A program made the translations under genes and the position numbers. DNA of 64,000 nucleotides from positions 640,001 to 704,000 of the forward strand of contig CAWCKH010000004.1 of NCBI GenBank assembly GCA_963796055.1, given 5' to 3'. Shown one piece after another: positions 10,519 through 19,904 of this stretch. This stretch comes from an uncultured delta proteobacterium (GTDB lineage Bacteria; Myxococcota; Myxococcia; Myxococcales; Myxococcaceae). How positions within the stretch are numbered: position 1 is the stretch's first letter; each line of letters begins with the position of its first letter. The notes under the pieces were generated by a model, which had not been told where the DNA came from, made no database searches, and saw only the letters and a list, made by a program, of their open reading frames with translations.

Positions 10519-11091
10519 ATGAGTCTCGGTGCGAAGTACCACCTCCACAAGAAGCGCAAGTACGCCATCAGCGAGGGGCGGCCGAACTCGGACATCAACG
10601 TCACCCCGCTGGTGGACGTGGTGCTGGTGCTGCTCATCATCTTCATGGTGGTCACGCCGCTCCTGGAAAAGGACATCCAGGTCCGCGTCCCGGACGACAC
10701 GGAGCAGGACGTCCAGCCCGAGGATCTGGCCGACCAGCTGGTGGTCACCATCTCGCCGGCCGGGGAGATCAAGCTGAACACGGAGACTCTGGACGACGAG
10801 ACGTACAAGACCCGCATCAAGCGGGCGCTGGCGGCCAAGTCGTACGAGGAGAAGCTGGTGTTCTTCATGCCCGACGACAAGGCGCCCTACCCGCGGGTGG
10901 TCCAGGTCCTGGACTGGACCCGCGGCGCGGGGGCCTACATCCTGGGCGTGGTGACCGAGCCCGTGGCGGGGGTGCTCCCCGGTGGTACACCGGCGCCGGG
11001 GACGCCGGCCGAGCCGGGCGCCGCGCCTGCCGCTCCCGCCGCCCCGGGGGCGCCTCCGGCCCCGGCCGGGCCCACCGGCGGCACGAAGTAG
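10519..11091 (+). CDS. exbD: ExbD/TolR protein, copy 2, with Pro/Ala-rich tail
   Basis: Same DINVTPLVDVVLVLLIIFMV motif; starts immediately after the previous stop. Confidence 0.92.
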   Translation: MSLGAKYHLHKKRKYAISEGRPNSDINVTPLVDVVLVLLIIFMVVTPLLEKDIQVRVPDDTEQDVQPEDLADQLVVTISPAGEIKLNTETLDDETYKTRIKRALAAKSYEEKLVFFMPDDKAPYPRVVQVLDWTRGAGAYILGVVTEPVAGVLPGGTPAPGTPAEPGAAPAAPAAPGAPPAPAGPTGGTK

Positions 11092-11195
11092 CCCCGAGTC
11101 CCCGCTGCTGAATTGACGAGGCCGGCTCCAGAACTCCCGGGGCCGGCGTTGGAGCCCGCTCGCTGCGCCCGTTGGTTCGGGAGTCTCTCGGAAGG

Positions 11196-11354
11196 CCCGG
11201 GGCGTCCGTTCCGGGTTCGCATCTGAGAACCCGTTTCGGACGCCTTTCCGGGTGCTCGACCCCCCTCCCCGCCCGACCGTCCGATTCGGGTTCTCACGCG
11301 CAACATCGGAACCCGAACGGACGGACTTCGGTTCAGGTTCAAATCCCGGAACCA
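11196..11354. repeat. Cluster of related palindromic hairpins
   Basis: GGCGTCCG..GGGTTC-N8-GAACCC..CGGACGCC at 11201-11244; CCGTCCG-A-TTCGGGTTC-N15-GAACCCGAA-CGGACGG at 11277-11324; GGTTC-N14-GAACC at 11330-11353. Confidence 0.7.
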
Positions 11355-11467
11355 GCTCTGTGCGACGTGGCTCGTCCCCGGACGCGCCGGTCCACGACCG
11401 CGCTCTACCCACGGACCCCCGTCTCCGTTGTGCGACTGCGCCGGTTCGCCGCCCCTGGGGTGCGCTT

Positions 11468-11483
11468 CGGCACTGCGCTTGCT
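11468..11483 (+). promoter_or_regulatory. Putative sigma54 (-24/-12) promoter
   Basis: CGGCAC-TGCGC-TTGCT against consensus TGGCAC-N5-TTGCW: exact spacing, 36 nt before the ATG at 11520, which has a GGAGG RBS. Confidence 0.6.
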
Positions 11484-11519
11484 CAGGGAAGGGCCCCGGG
11501 GGAGGCCGAAGGGAGGCGG

Positions 11520-13125
11520 ATGCGGCGGCTCGCCCGGGTTCATTCCGGCGCGCTGATGGGGGTGGACGCGGTGGTGGTGGAGGTGGAGGTCGACATGTCC
11601 GTCGGCCTCCCCTACTTCAACGTCGTCGGCCTTCCCGAAGGCGCGGTCAAGGAGAGCAAGGTCCGGGTGATCTCGGCGCTGCGGAACGCCGGGTACGAGC
11701 TCCCGGCCCGGCGGATCACCGTCAATCTCGCTCCGGCCGATATCCGCAAGGAGGGCGCGGCCTTCGAGCTGCCCATCGCCCTGGCAGCGCTGGAGGCCGG
11801 CAGCGTGCTGGAGGGAGGCTCGCTGAACCGCTGGGTGATGGGTGGGGAGCTCTCGCTGGACGGTGTCGTGAAACCGGTCCGGGGCGTCCTGCCGCTGGCC
11901 ATCGCCGCGCGCGACCATGGCTTCGAAGGGGTCCTGGTGCCCGCAGCCAACGCGCCCGAGGCGGCGCTGGTGGACCGCATCCACGTCTACCCCGTGGGAC
12001 ACCTCAAGGAGGCCGTGGCCCACGTGAAGGGTGCTCCGCCCATTGCTCCCTATCGCCGGGACCTCGCCCAGGAGGAGCGCCCGGTGGGGGAGCTGGACAT
12101 GTCGGAGGTGCGCGGTCAGGGGGAGATCAAGGAGGCCCTCGAGCTCGCCGCGGCCGGGGGCCACAACGCGCTGCTCTGCGGACCTCCGGGAAGCGGCAAG
12201 ACCATGCTCGCCCGCCGGCTACCAGGGCTGCTCCCGCTCATGTCGTTCGACGAGGCGCTGGAGGTCACGAAGATCTACTCGGTGAGCGGGCTGCTGGGAG
12301 GACCCCGCCCGCTGCTCACCGAGCGTCCGTTCCGCGCCCCGCACCACACCGTGTCCGACGCCGGGCTGATCGGCGGCGGCCCGATGGGGCGGCCCGGCGA
12401 GCTGTCCCTCGCGCACCGTGGGGTGCTCTTCCTGGACGAGTTTCCCGAGTTCCGGCGCAACGTGCTCGAGGTGCTCCGGCAGCCGCTCGAGGACGGGGTG
12501 GTGCACATCGCCCGGGCAAACCACCACGTGAGCTACCCCGCGCAGGTGATGCTGGTCGCGGCGATGAACCCGTGCCCGTGCGGCCGGCTGGCAGTGGCGG
12601 ACACGCGCTGCACCTGCCCGCGCAACCGGGTGCTGGAGTACCACGCCCGGGTGAGCGGCCCGCTGCTGGACCGCATCGACATCACCGTCCTCACCCGGCG
12701 GGTCGAGGGCTACCGGCTGGCTGCCTCGGCCAAGGCAGAGACGCCGAGCGCCTGGTACCGCGAGCGCGTCGAGGTCGCGCGCGGGCGGCAACGGGAGCGG
12801 TTCCGGGACGCGCCGGGAGTCCGGTGCAACGCCCAGATGCCCCCGCGGCTGGTTCGGCGTTACTGCCGGACCACCAGGCACGCCGAGGAGATGCTTCGCA
12901 TCGCGATGGACCGGTACGGGCTCTCGGCCCGGGCGCACGACAGGATCCTCAAGCTCGCCCGGACCCGCGCAGATCTCGATGGACCACGAGGACATCGAGG
13001 ACGTCGACGTGCAGCTGGCGGTGGACTTCCGGGTGATGGACCGGCGCGACTGGCTGATGGCGCTGCTCGACGGGAACCAGTCGCCCTCGAGCCCGCTCCG
13101 GTCGATGCTCGAGGCGGTCAGATGA
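11520..13125 (+). CDS. comM: YifB/ComM Mg-chelatase-like AAA+ ATPase, with a +1 frameshift near 12984
   Basis: VGLPEGAVKESKVRV, ITVNLAPADIRKEG, Walker A GPPGSGKT, RPFRAPHH, LFLDEFPEF, AAMNPCPCG, SGPLLDRID. The family-like tail HEDIEDVDVQLAVDFRVMDRR lies in the +1 frame and ends at TGA 13125. Confidence 0.85.
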
Positions 13126-13135
13126 CGGCCTGAGG

Positions 13136-14512
13136 TCATCGCTCCGGTGCGGCGTGCACGGCAACCGGCGCGGCGGTCGCGGCCGGGAGCGCGCCGGCGC
13201 CCGAGGCGGATGCCGGGCTCAGAGCCGCCGGGCCCTCCTTCGCGCGCTGCTGCAACCGGGGGGTGAGGGTGATGAGCCGGGCGATGCGCCGCCACGTCAG
13301 GTACGAGTAGAGCCAGGTGAAGAACACGGCGATCCTGCTCCGGAAGCCCACCACGTACCTGAGGTGCACCGTGGCCCAGAGGAACCAGGCCAGCACGCCC
13401 GACAGGTCCCAGCGGGCGAAGAGCGTCCCCACCGCCGAGCCACGGCCGATGACCGCGAAGATCCCCTTGTCGAGGTACCGGAACGCCTTCACCGGGTCAC
13501 CGTGAATCCTGCGCAGGACGTTGCGCGCAGCCTCTCGCCCCATCTGCATCGCCGCCGGCGCGACGCCCGGCACCGGCCTGCCGTCCTGGGTCACCGCGGC
13601 GAGGTCCCCGATCACCGAGACGCGCGGGTCGCCGGGAAGGGTGAGATCGGGCCCCACCGCCACCCTGCCCGCCCGGTCCACGGGGACCCCCAGCGCCTTG
13701 CCCAGGGGCGAGGCGACCACGCCCGCGCCCCAGAGGACCGTCCGCGCCTGGATGCGCTCCTCGCCCAGGGTGACGCCCCCGGCGTCGATGGCCGAGACCA
13801 GCCTCCCGAGCCGGACGTCGATCTGCAGCTTCTGGAGAGCGTGCAGGGCGTCCACGCTCAGTGCCTCGGGGTAGGTGGGCAGCAGGCGGGATTGGCCCTC
13901 GATGAGCACGATTCGTGCGTCATGGGTGTTGATGCGCCGGAAATCGCGGGGGAGCGCCTTGTGGGCGATCTCGCTCAGCGCGCCCGCGAGCTCCACCCCG
14001 GTGGGCCCGCCGCCGATGATGACGAAGGTCAGCCAGGCCAGCCGCCTCGCCTCGTCCTCCTCGCGCTCGGCCTCCTCGAAGGCGAAGAGGACCCGGCGGC
14101 GGATCTCCAGCGCGTCCTCGAGGCTCTTCAGCCCCGGGGCCTCGTCCTCCCACTCCGGATGGCCGAAGTACGTGTCCTGCGCGCCGGCGGCGACGATGAG
14201 ATGGTCGTACTGGACCGAGCCGAAGTCGGTGAACCGGAGGATCCGGCTGACGCGGTCGATCGAGGCGACCTCGGCGAGAATGACCTCGGTGTTGCGGTGC
14301 CTCCGGAGCACCACCCGGATGGGCGCTGCGATGTCGCTGGGATCGAGCGCGGCGGTGGCCACCTGGTAGAGCAAGGGCTGGAACAGGTGGTGGTTCCGCC
14401 GGTCGACGACTGTCACCCGGACGTCATCGGATCGCCCGAGGATCTTGGCCGCCTCGAGGCCAGCGAAGCCGGCCCCGACAATCACTACGTGCGGTCGCTG
14501 GTCGGGTTCCAT
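13136..14512 (-). CDS. ndh: Type II NADH dehydrogenase-like FAD-dependent oxidoreductase
   Basis: VIVGAGFAG, NHHLFQPLLYQVAT, GGGPTGVELAG, WGAGV, AMQMG. Confidence 0.9.
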   Translation of the reverse strand: MEPDQRPHVVIVGAGFAGLEAAKILGRSDDVRVTVVDRRNHHLFQPLLYQVATAALDPSDIAAPIRVVLRRHRNTEVILAEVASIDRVSRILRFTDFGSVQYDHLIVAAGAQDTYFGHPEWEDEAPGLKSLEDALEIRRRVLFAFEEAEREEDEARRLAWLTFVIIGGGPTGVELAGALSEIAHKALPRDFRRINTHDARIVLIEGQSRLLPTYPEALSVDALHALQKLQIDVRLGRLVSAIDAGGVTLGEERIQARTVLWGAGVVASPLGKALGVPVDRAGRVAVGPDLTLPGDPRVSVIGDLAAVTQDGRPVPGVAPAAMQMGREAARNVLRRIHGDPVKAFRYLDKGIFAVIGRGSAVGTLFARWDLSGVLAWFLWATVHLRYVVGFRSRIAVFFTWLYSYLTWRRIARLITLTPRLQQRAKEGPAALSPASASGAGALPAATAAPVAVHAAPER

Positions 14513-14566
14513 CGCTGCCCGGGATGTGCGAACCAGGGCCTACGAAGTCAACGCGTTCGACACCCG

Positions 14567-15343
14567 ATGGTACTGAACAGACTGACCAGCCCGATTCGTT
14601 ACGCAGGGATGGCCCTGTGGTCGATCTTCTGGATCCCTGCCGCGCTGCTCATGGGCACGATCCGGCGCGACTCCTCGCTCCCCCTCCGCTTCGCCCGCCG
14701 CCACTGGGGCCCGGGAATGCTCCGGCTCGCGGGGGCCGATCTCCGCGTCGAGGGAGACCCCCGAGCCGTGAGCGACCGGCCGGCGATCTACGTGATGAAC
14801 CACCAGTCGTCGCTGGACATCCCCGCGGCGTTCGCCGTGCTTCCGGTGGACCTCCGGTTCATCGCCAAGCACACCTTGCGCAAGGTCCCCTTCCTCGGTT
14901 GGTTCATGTCCTGGACCGGCATGGTCTTCGTCGACCGGAGCAACAGCACCCAGGCGGTCGGGACCCTGAGCGCCGCGGCCGAGCGGGTGCGGGGCGGCAT
15001 CTCGCTCCTCGCCTACCCCGAGGGCACGCGCTCGCGCGACGGCCGGATCCTTCCGTTCAAGAAGGGCCCGTTCGTCCTGGCGCTCCAGGCCGGCGTGCCG
15101 GTGGTGCCCATCGCCATCGAGGGCTCGATGCAGTGCATGCCCGCCCATCTGAGGCCATTCCGGCCGGGGGTGGTCCGCATGGCGATCGGCGCGCCGATCC
15201 ACACCTCCGGGATGTCGATGGATCGGCGAGAGGAGCTGGTCCAGCGGGCACGGGAGGCGGTCCTCGCGCTCCACGCCTCGCTCGCCGGCCGGGTCATGGA
15301 GTCAGGCTCGGACCCAGCTCGGAACGAGCGCACCACGGCCTGA
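14567..15343 (+). CDS. plsC: 1-acyl-sn-glycerol-3-phosphate acyltransferase (PlsC family)
   Basis: NHQSSLD (HxxxxD), FVDR, YPEGTRS, FKKG. Confidence 0.88.
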   Translation: MVLNRLTSPIRYAGMALWSIFWIPAALLMGTIRRDSSLPLRFARRHWGPGMLRLAGADLRVEGDPRAVSDRPAIYVMNHQSSLDIPAAFAVLPVDLRFIAKHTLRKVPFLGWFMSWTGMVFVDRSNSTQAVGTLSAAAERVRGGISLLAYPEGTRSRDGRILPFKKGPFVLALQAGVPVVPIAIEGSMQCMPAHLRPFRPGVVRMAIGAPIHTSGMSMDRREELVQRAREAVLALHASLAGRVMESGSDPARNERTTA

Positions 15344-15476
15344 AGGCGCTGGCGTCCGCCGCCGCGGGCGCCCCCGACCGGCGCTGTGGACGGCCCGGTC
15401 GCCCCGCTCCGGCGACGGGGTCCGGCCCGCCTCTTGCTCATCGGCGCCCTGATCATCTGGCAGGTGGAGGTGGGGC

Positions 15477-16511
15477 GTGGGGAAGGTGAGCGAAAAGCTG
15501 AAGGCGGTGGCGGCCGCGGTCGCGGCGATCGAGAAGCAGTTCGGCAAGGGCGCGATCATGCAGCTCGGGCGCGACGGAGAGGTCGCCCCCGTCGCGGTCA
15601 TCCCCAGCGGCTCGGTCGGTCTCGATCGCGCGCTGGGCGTGGGAGGGTACCCCCGGGGGCGGGTCGTCGAGGTGTTCGGGAACGAGTCGTCCGGCAAGAC
15701 GACGCTCGCCCTCCACGCCATCGCCCAGGTGCAGGCGCAAGGCGGCGTGGCGGCATTCGTGGACGCCGAGCACGCGCTCGACGTGAGCTACGCCCGCAAG
15801 CTCGGGGTCCGGGTGGAGGACCTCCTGGTCTCGCAGCCGGACACCGGCGAGCAGGCGCTGGAGATCACCGAGCAGCTGGTCCGCAGCGGGGCGGTGGACC
15901 TGGTGGTGGTGGACTCGGTGGCCGCGCTCGTACCCAGGGCGGAGATCGAGGGTGAGATGGGTGACGCGCACATGGGCGTCCAGGCGCGTCTCATGAGCCA
16001 GGCGCTCCGGAAGCTCACTGGCGCGGTGAGCAAGAGCGGCACGGTCATCTTCTTCATCAACCAGATCCGGATGAAGATCGGGGTGGTCTTCGGCAGTCCG
16101 GAGACGACCACCGGGGGGAACGCGCTCAAGTTCTACGCCTCGGTGCGGCTGGAGATCCGCCGGCTCGGGAACCTGAAGGACGGCGACTCGGTCATCGGCA
16201 CGCGCACCCGGGTGAAGGTGGTGAAGAACAAGGTCGCCCCGCCCTTCCAGGACACCGAGTTCGACGTGCTGTATGGCCAGGGCATCAGCCGGGCCGGCGA
16301 GGCGCTGGACCTGGCGGTGACGCTCGGCCTGGCGGAGAAGTCCGGGAGCCATTTCCTGCTCGACGGCGAGCGCATCGGGCAGGGACGGGAGCGCGCGGTC
16401 GAGTGGCTCCGCGAGCGGCCCGAGGCGCTCGAGGCACTCGTCGCCCGCATCGGGGTGGCCGAGGCGCGGCCGGCGCCTCCGCCGAGCGTGGCCGATTCCG
16501 TGGCGGCCTGA
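15477..16511 (+). CDS. recA: Recombinase RecA, myxobacterial RecA1 type
   Basis: Variant Walker [39 protein letters not shown]-terminus [18 protein letters not shown] as I recall for M. xanthus RecA1. Confidence 0.95.
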   Translation: MGKVSEKLKAVAAAVAAIEKQFGKGAIMQLGRDGEVAPVAVIPSGSVGLDRALGVGGYPRGRVVEVFGNESSGKTTLALHAIAQVQAQGGVAAFVDAEHALDVSYARKLGVRVEDLLVSQPDTGEQALEITEQLVRSGAVDLVVVDSVAALVPRAEIEGEMGDAHMGVQARLMSQALRKLTGAVSKSGTVIFFINQIRMKIGVVFGSPETTTGGNALKFYASVRLEIRRLGNLKDGDSVIGTRTRVKVVKNKVAPPFQDTEFDVLYGQGISRAGEALDLAVTLGLAEKSGSHFLLDGERIGQGRERAVEWLRERPEALEALVARIGVAEARPAPPPSVADSVAA

Positions 16512-16532
16512 AGGCCAGGCTAGAGTCGGCGC

Positions 16533-17522
16533 ATGGCCGACGCTCCGACCCTGGATGCCGTGCGCGCGACGCGCGCTCGGCTCGGCGATCTGGTCCTGAC
16601 CACGCCGGTGCGCCGGCTCGCCTCCCCGCTCGTGGAGCGCAGGCTCGGGAAGACGGAGGTGGTGCTCAAGGAGGAGCTGTTCCAGCGAACGGGCAGCTTC
16701 AAGCCCCGCGGGGCCCTCTCGGTGATGCTCGATCTGGAGCCCGCCGTGCTGGCCCGCGGGGTCACCTGCGTCTCGGCCGGGAACCACGCCATGGCCACCG
16801 CATACGCGGCGCACGTCCTCGGGACGACCGCCAAGGTGGTGATGCCCCGCAGCGCGAACCCGTTCCGGGTGGCCGGCTCTCGCGAGCTCGGGGCCGAGGT
16901 GGTGCTGGTGGAGAACGTCCACGAGGCCTTCGACCGCGTCCATCAGATCGAATCCACCGAGGGTCGGACCTTCGTCCACCCGTTCGAGGGACCGAGGACG
17001 GCGCTGGGCACCGCCACGGTCGGGCTGGAGCTCGTCGAGCAGGCCGGCGCACTGGACGCGGTCATCATCCCCATCGGGGGTGGCGGTCTGGCCGCGGGGA
17101 TGGCCTGCGCGGTGAAGCAGCTCCTGCCCCGCTGTCAGGTCTACGGGGTCGAGCCGACCGGAGCGGACTCGATGCACCGCAGCTTCGCCGCCGGCTCGCC
17201 GCAGGCCATCGAGGCCGTCCGGACGATCGCCGACAGCCTGGGAGCCCCGCACGCGGCCTCCTACAGCTTCGAGCTCTGTCGCCAGTTCATCGATGAGCTG
17301 GTCTACGTCGACGACGACCAGCTCCGGGACGCGATGCTCTTGCTCTTCGCCTCGGCCAAGCTCGCGGTGGAGCCGGCGGGCGCTGCGGCGACCGCGGCGC
17401 TCCTCGGGCCGCTTTGCGAGCGCCTCGCCGGCCGTCGGGTCGGCGTCATCGTCTGCGGCGGGAACATCGACCCGGCGACGTTCTCCAAGCACCTCGCCGA
17501 CGCCCAGGTCCGGGCGTCCTGA
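16533..17522 (+). CDS. PLP-dependent threonine/serine dehydratase
   Basis: KEELFQRTGSFKPRG, SAGNH, PIGGGGL, EPAGA, GGN. Confidence 0.88.
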   Translation: MADAPTLDAVRATRARLGDLVLTTPVRRLASPLVERRLGKTEVVLKEELFQRTGSFKPRGALSVMLDLEPAVLARGVTCVSAGNHAMATAYAAHVLGTTAKVVMPRSANPFRVAGSRELGAEVVLVENVHEAFDRVHQIESTEGRTFVHPFEGPRTALGTATVGLELVEQAGALDAVIIPIGGGGLAAGMACAVKQLLPRCQVYGVEPTGADSMHRSFAAGSPQAIEAVRTIADSLGAPHAASYSFELCRQFIDELVYVDDDQLRDAMLLLFASAKLAVEPAGAAATAALLGPLCERLAGRRVGVIVCGGNIDPATFSKHLADAQVRAS

Positions 17523-17535
17523 CCAGGAGAGCCCC

Positions 17536-18000
17536 ATGAGCCAACCGAACGCCGTCGCCTCCCCCGCCGTGCACCTCGGTCAGGACGACGGGGAGGCCTT
17601 CCGCCTCGGACCGCTGGAGATCCTGGTCAAGGAGAATGGCTCCGGGACCCGGATGAACCTCGCGGTGGCCGAGTTCCGTGGCAACACCTTCCGCATCCCG
17701 CCCCACATCCACACCGAGCACGACGAGACGATTCACGTCCTCGAAGGACAGATGGAGGTGAGGCTCGGAGAGCGGACCTTCACCGCCACCGCCGGCTGCT
17801 CCTTCACCATCCCGATCAACGTGCCCCACGCGATCTGGAACGAGAGTGGCGTCCGGGTGCGCTTCCTGAACGTCATCGTGGGGGCGCGGTATCTCGACTA
17901 CTTCCGTGAGATGGCGGCCGCCGCGACCACGAGCCTCCCCCCGCCCGAGGTGATCGCCAAGGTCATGGGGCGCTTCGGGCTGAGGCCGGTGAAGCAGTAG
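17536..18000 (+). CDS. Cupin domain protein
   Basis: PPHIHTEHDETIHVLEG and PINVPHAIWN; AGGAG RBS. Confidence 0.85.
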   Translation: MSQPNAVASPAVHLGQDDGEAFRLGPLEILVKENGSGTRMNLAVAEFRGNTFRIPPHIHTEHDETIHVLEGQMEVRLGERTFTATAGCSFTIPINVPHAIWNESGVRVRFLNVIVGARYLDYFREMAAAATTSLPPPEVIAKVMGRFGLRPVKQ

Positions 18001-18024
18001 TCCCCGCCGCCGGCCGGAGGCGCG

Positions 18025-18510
18025 TCAGCCCCCGAGCGACGTGGGATCGATCCCCACCGGGAACCGCGCCTTCGGCAGCGACAGCGCCCACCCCGAGCCG
18101 TCGGGAACCAGCAGCTGTCCCAGCGCGAACTGCGCGTCGCGGGAGAACCGGGCCTCGGCGCGGCCGCCCTTCACCTGCGCGGTGAGCACACCGTCCTCGC
18201 CGAGGCGCAAGGTCGACGGGTCGAGCACCTCGCCCATCCGGTCGCTCAGCCGGAGGTAGACCCTGGAATCGTCGGTGTCGATCGCGTTCACCCGGTAGGC
18301 GGCGCCCTCCACCGTGACGTAGGCCCAGTCGTTCCCGATGTGGAGCTGGAACCGCCCGTCGTCGGTGGGCACCAGCCCCGCGTTGAAGGCCTCGATGATC
18401 TTCGGATGGGTGATGCGCTCGCCGTCGTGGAACCAGTTCAGCGCGCGGTCGAGGACCAGCCCGCTGTCCTCGCGGGTGTGCCAGCGCTTCGGAAGTCCAA
18501 TCTCCGCCAC
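18025..18510 (-). CDS. DUF1285-like hypothetical protein
   Basis: 3' part of a long ORF: HTREDSGLVLDRALNWFHDGERITHPKIIEAFN...AYVTVEG...EARFSRDAQ. Confidence 0.7.
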   Translation of the reverse strand: MAEIGLPKRWHTREDSGLVLDRALNWFHDGERITHPKIIEAFNAGLVPTDDGRFQLHIGNDWAYVTVEGAAYRVNAIDTDDSRVYLRLSDRMGEVLDPSTLRLGEDGVLTAQVKGGRAEARFSRDAQFALGQLLVPDGSGWALSLPKARFPVGIDPTSLGG

Positions 18511-18563
18511 GCCCCTTCGATGCGGCCGGCGGGCGCCGATGTCAACCTCGCCCGCGCTGCGGC

Positions 18564-19904
18564 TCACATCCGCCGCACCAGCTCGGTGTAGCCACGGAAG
18601 GCGAGTGCCCCCCAGGTGTTCACCACCACCGCCGCACCCACCAGCACCTGGACCAGCGGCTTCCGGAACGACCAGCCCGATAGCCCGAGCAGCAGCACGA
18701 GGTACGGGACGTAGTCGAGGCTGAACCGGAACCCGAACTGCATGTAGCCGGTGTTCTGGTAGAACAGCCCGGGCAGCGCGCAGACCCCCACCGTCAGCCA
18801 CACGGGCCAGTGGAGACGCGGCCGGGTCCTGGGGAAAAGCAGCAGCACCAGCCAGGGCATCGTCACCAGCAGCGACAGCCCGCGCGGGTCGTAGCCGATC
18901 TTGAAGGGAGACACCTGCACCCGCGGCAGCATCAGGAACGCCGCCTCGAGGTTCCGCCACAGGTACACCGGGCTGAACAGGCCGTGGGTGTCGATGTCCA
19001 CGTTCACCCGGTTGTCGTAGAGGAACCGGTGGCCGAACTCCCCCGGGCTGCCGAACCGGGCCCAGTTGAAGGCCATCGCCAGCAGCGCCAGCGGCGCGGC
19101 CCCGGCGGCAAAGAGCAGCACCGGCCTCAGCCAGGCCTTCGGCTGCCGCAGCGCCTGGCGAAGCTGCTGGAGGCGGCCGGTGGGCCCGGGGGTCAGCACC
19201 TCGAGGAGGAAGAACAGCCCGGTGAACACCAGCGGCGTCCGGGTGAGCGTCGCCATCGACCACAGGACGCCCGCCAGCACCGGCTGCGCCCCACCCACCG
19301 CTGCGCGCAGGTACAGGCAGGTGAGCACCACCCCGAGCACCTCGGCCAGGAACCACACCTCGCCGCGGATGGCGCAGCTGAAGAGCAGCGTGCCGAAACC
19401 CAGCACCCCGGCGAGGATCAGCGCCTCGTGCTCCGTCCGGTGCAGGTCGCCCCGTCGCGCGAGCGCCCGGGCCAGCACGTAGAAGAGGGTGATGGCCAGC
19501 GCCCCCAGGATGACCCCGAAGCTGGTGTCGTTGAACTGGTAGCCATTGACCGCGACGAACGGCAGCATCACCACCGCCGGAAACGCCGGGAAGCTCACGT
19601 ACCAGCGGTCGCCGGGGAGCGTGGGGCCGGTACAGCGGTGCTTCATCCCGCCGAGGACTCGCACGCAGGCCCAGTCCTCGAGGTTGGGCAGCGTCTCGGG
19701 GTCGAGGTCCAGCCGTCCATCCAGGAACGCCTTGGCCTGGTAGACGAAGTGCGGCGCGGCGCTCTGCCGCAGGAAGCGCGGGCCGCTGAAACAGGCCAGG
19801 GCGAAGAGGCTGCAGACGAAGACCAGCAGCTCGGTCCGGTAGGCCCGGATCCAGGCCCGGGCCGCCACCTCGGGCGTGGACTTCGACCGGACGGGAGCAG
19901 TCAC
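18564..19904 (-). CDS. Polytopic membrane protein, possible GT-C-type glycosyltransferase
   Basis: About 10 TM segments, extracytoplasmic loop (YQAKAFLDGRL...YVSFPAFPA), FNWARFGSP, QFGFRFSLDY; overlaps the cinA stop. Confidence 0.6.
   Translation of the reverse strand: MTAPVRSKSTPEVAARAWIRAYRTELLVFVCSLFALACFSGPRFLRQSAAPHFVYQAKAFLDGRLDLDPETLPNLEDWACVRVLGGMKHRCTGPTLPGDRWYVSFPAFPAVVMLPFVAVNGYQFNDTSFGVILGALAITLFYVLARALARRGDLHRTEHEALILAGVLGFGTLLFSCAIRGEVWFLAEVLGVVLTCLYLRAAVGGAQPVLAGVLWSMATLTRTPLVFTGLFFLLEVLTPGPTGRLQQLRQALRQPKAWLRPVLLFAAGAAPLALLAMAFNWARFGSPGEFGHRFLYDNRVNVDIDTHGLFSPVYLWRNLEAAFLMLPRVQVSPFKIGYDPRGLSLLVTMPWLVLLLFPRTRPRLHWPVWLTVGVCALPGLFYQNTGYMQFGFRFSLDYVPYLVLLLGLSGWSFRKPLVQVLVGAAVVVNTWGALAFRGYTELVRRM

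Noticed and set aside
11330..11354. Possible tRNA or tRNA-derived att site (GGTTCAAATCC...ACCA)
   Set aside because: T-stem is imperfect, there is no room for an acceptor stem, no D or anticodon arm, and no integrase nearby. Kept only as part of the hairpin cluster.
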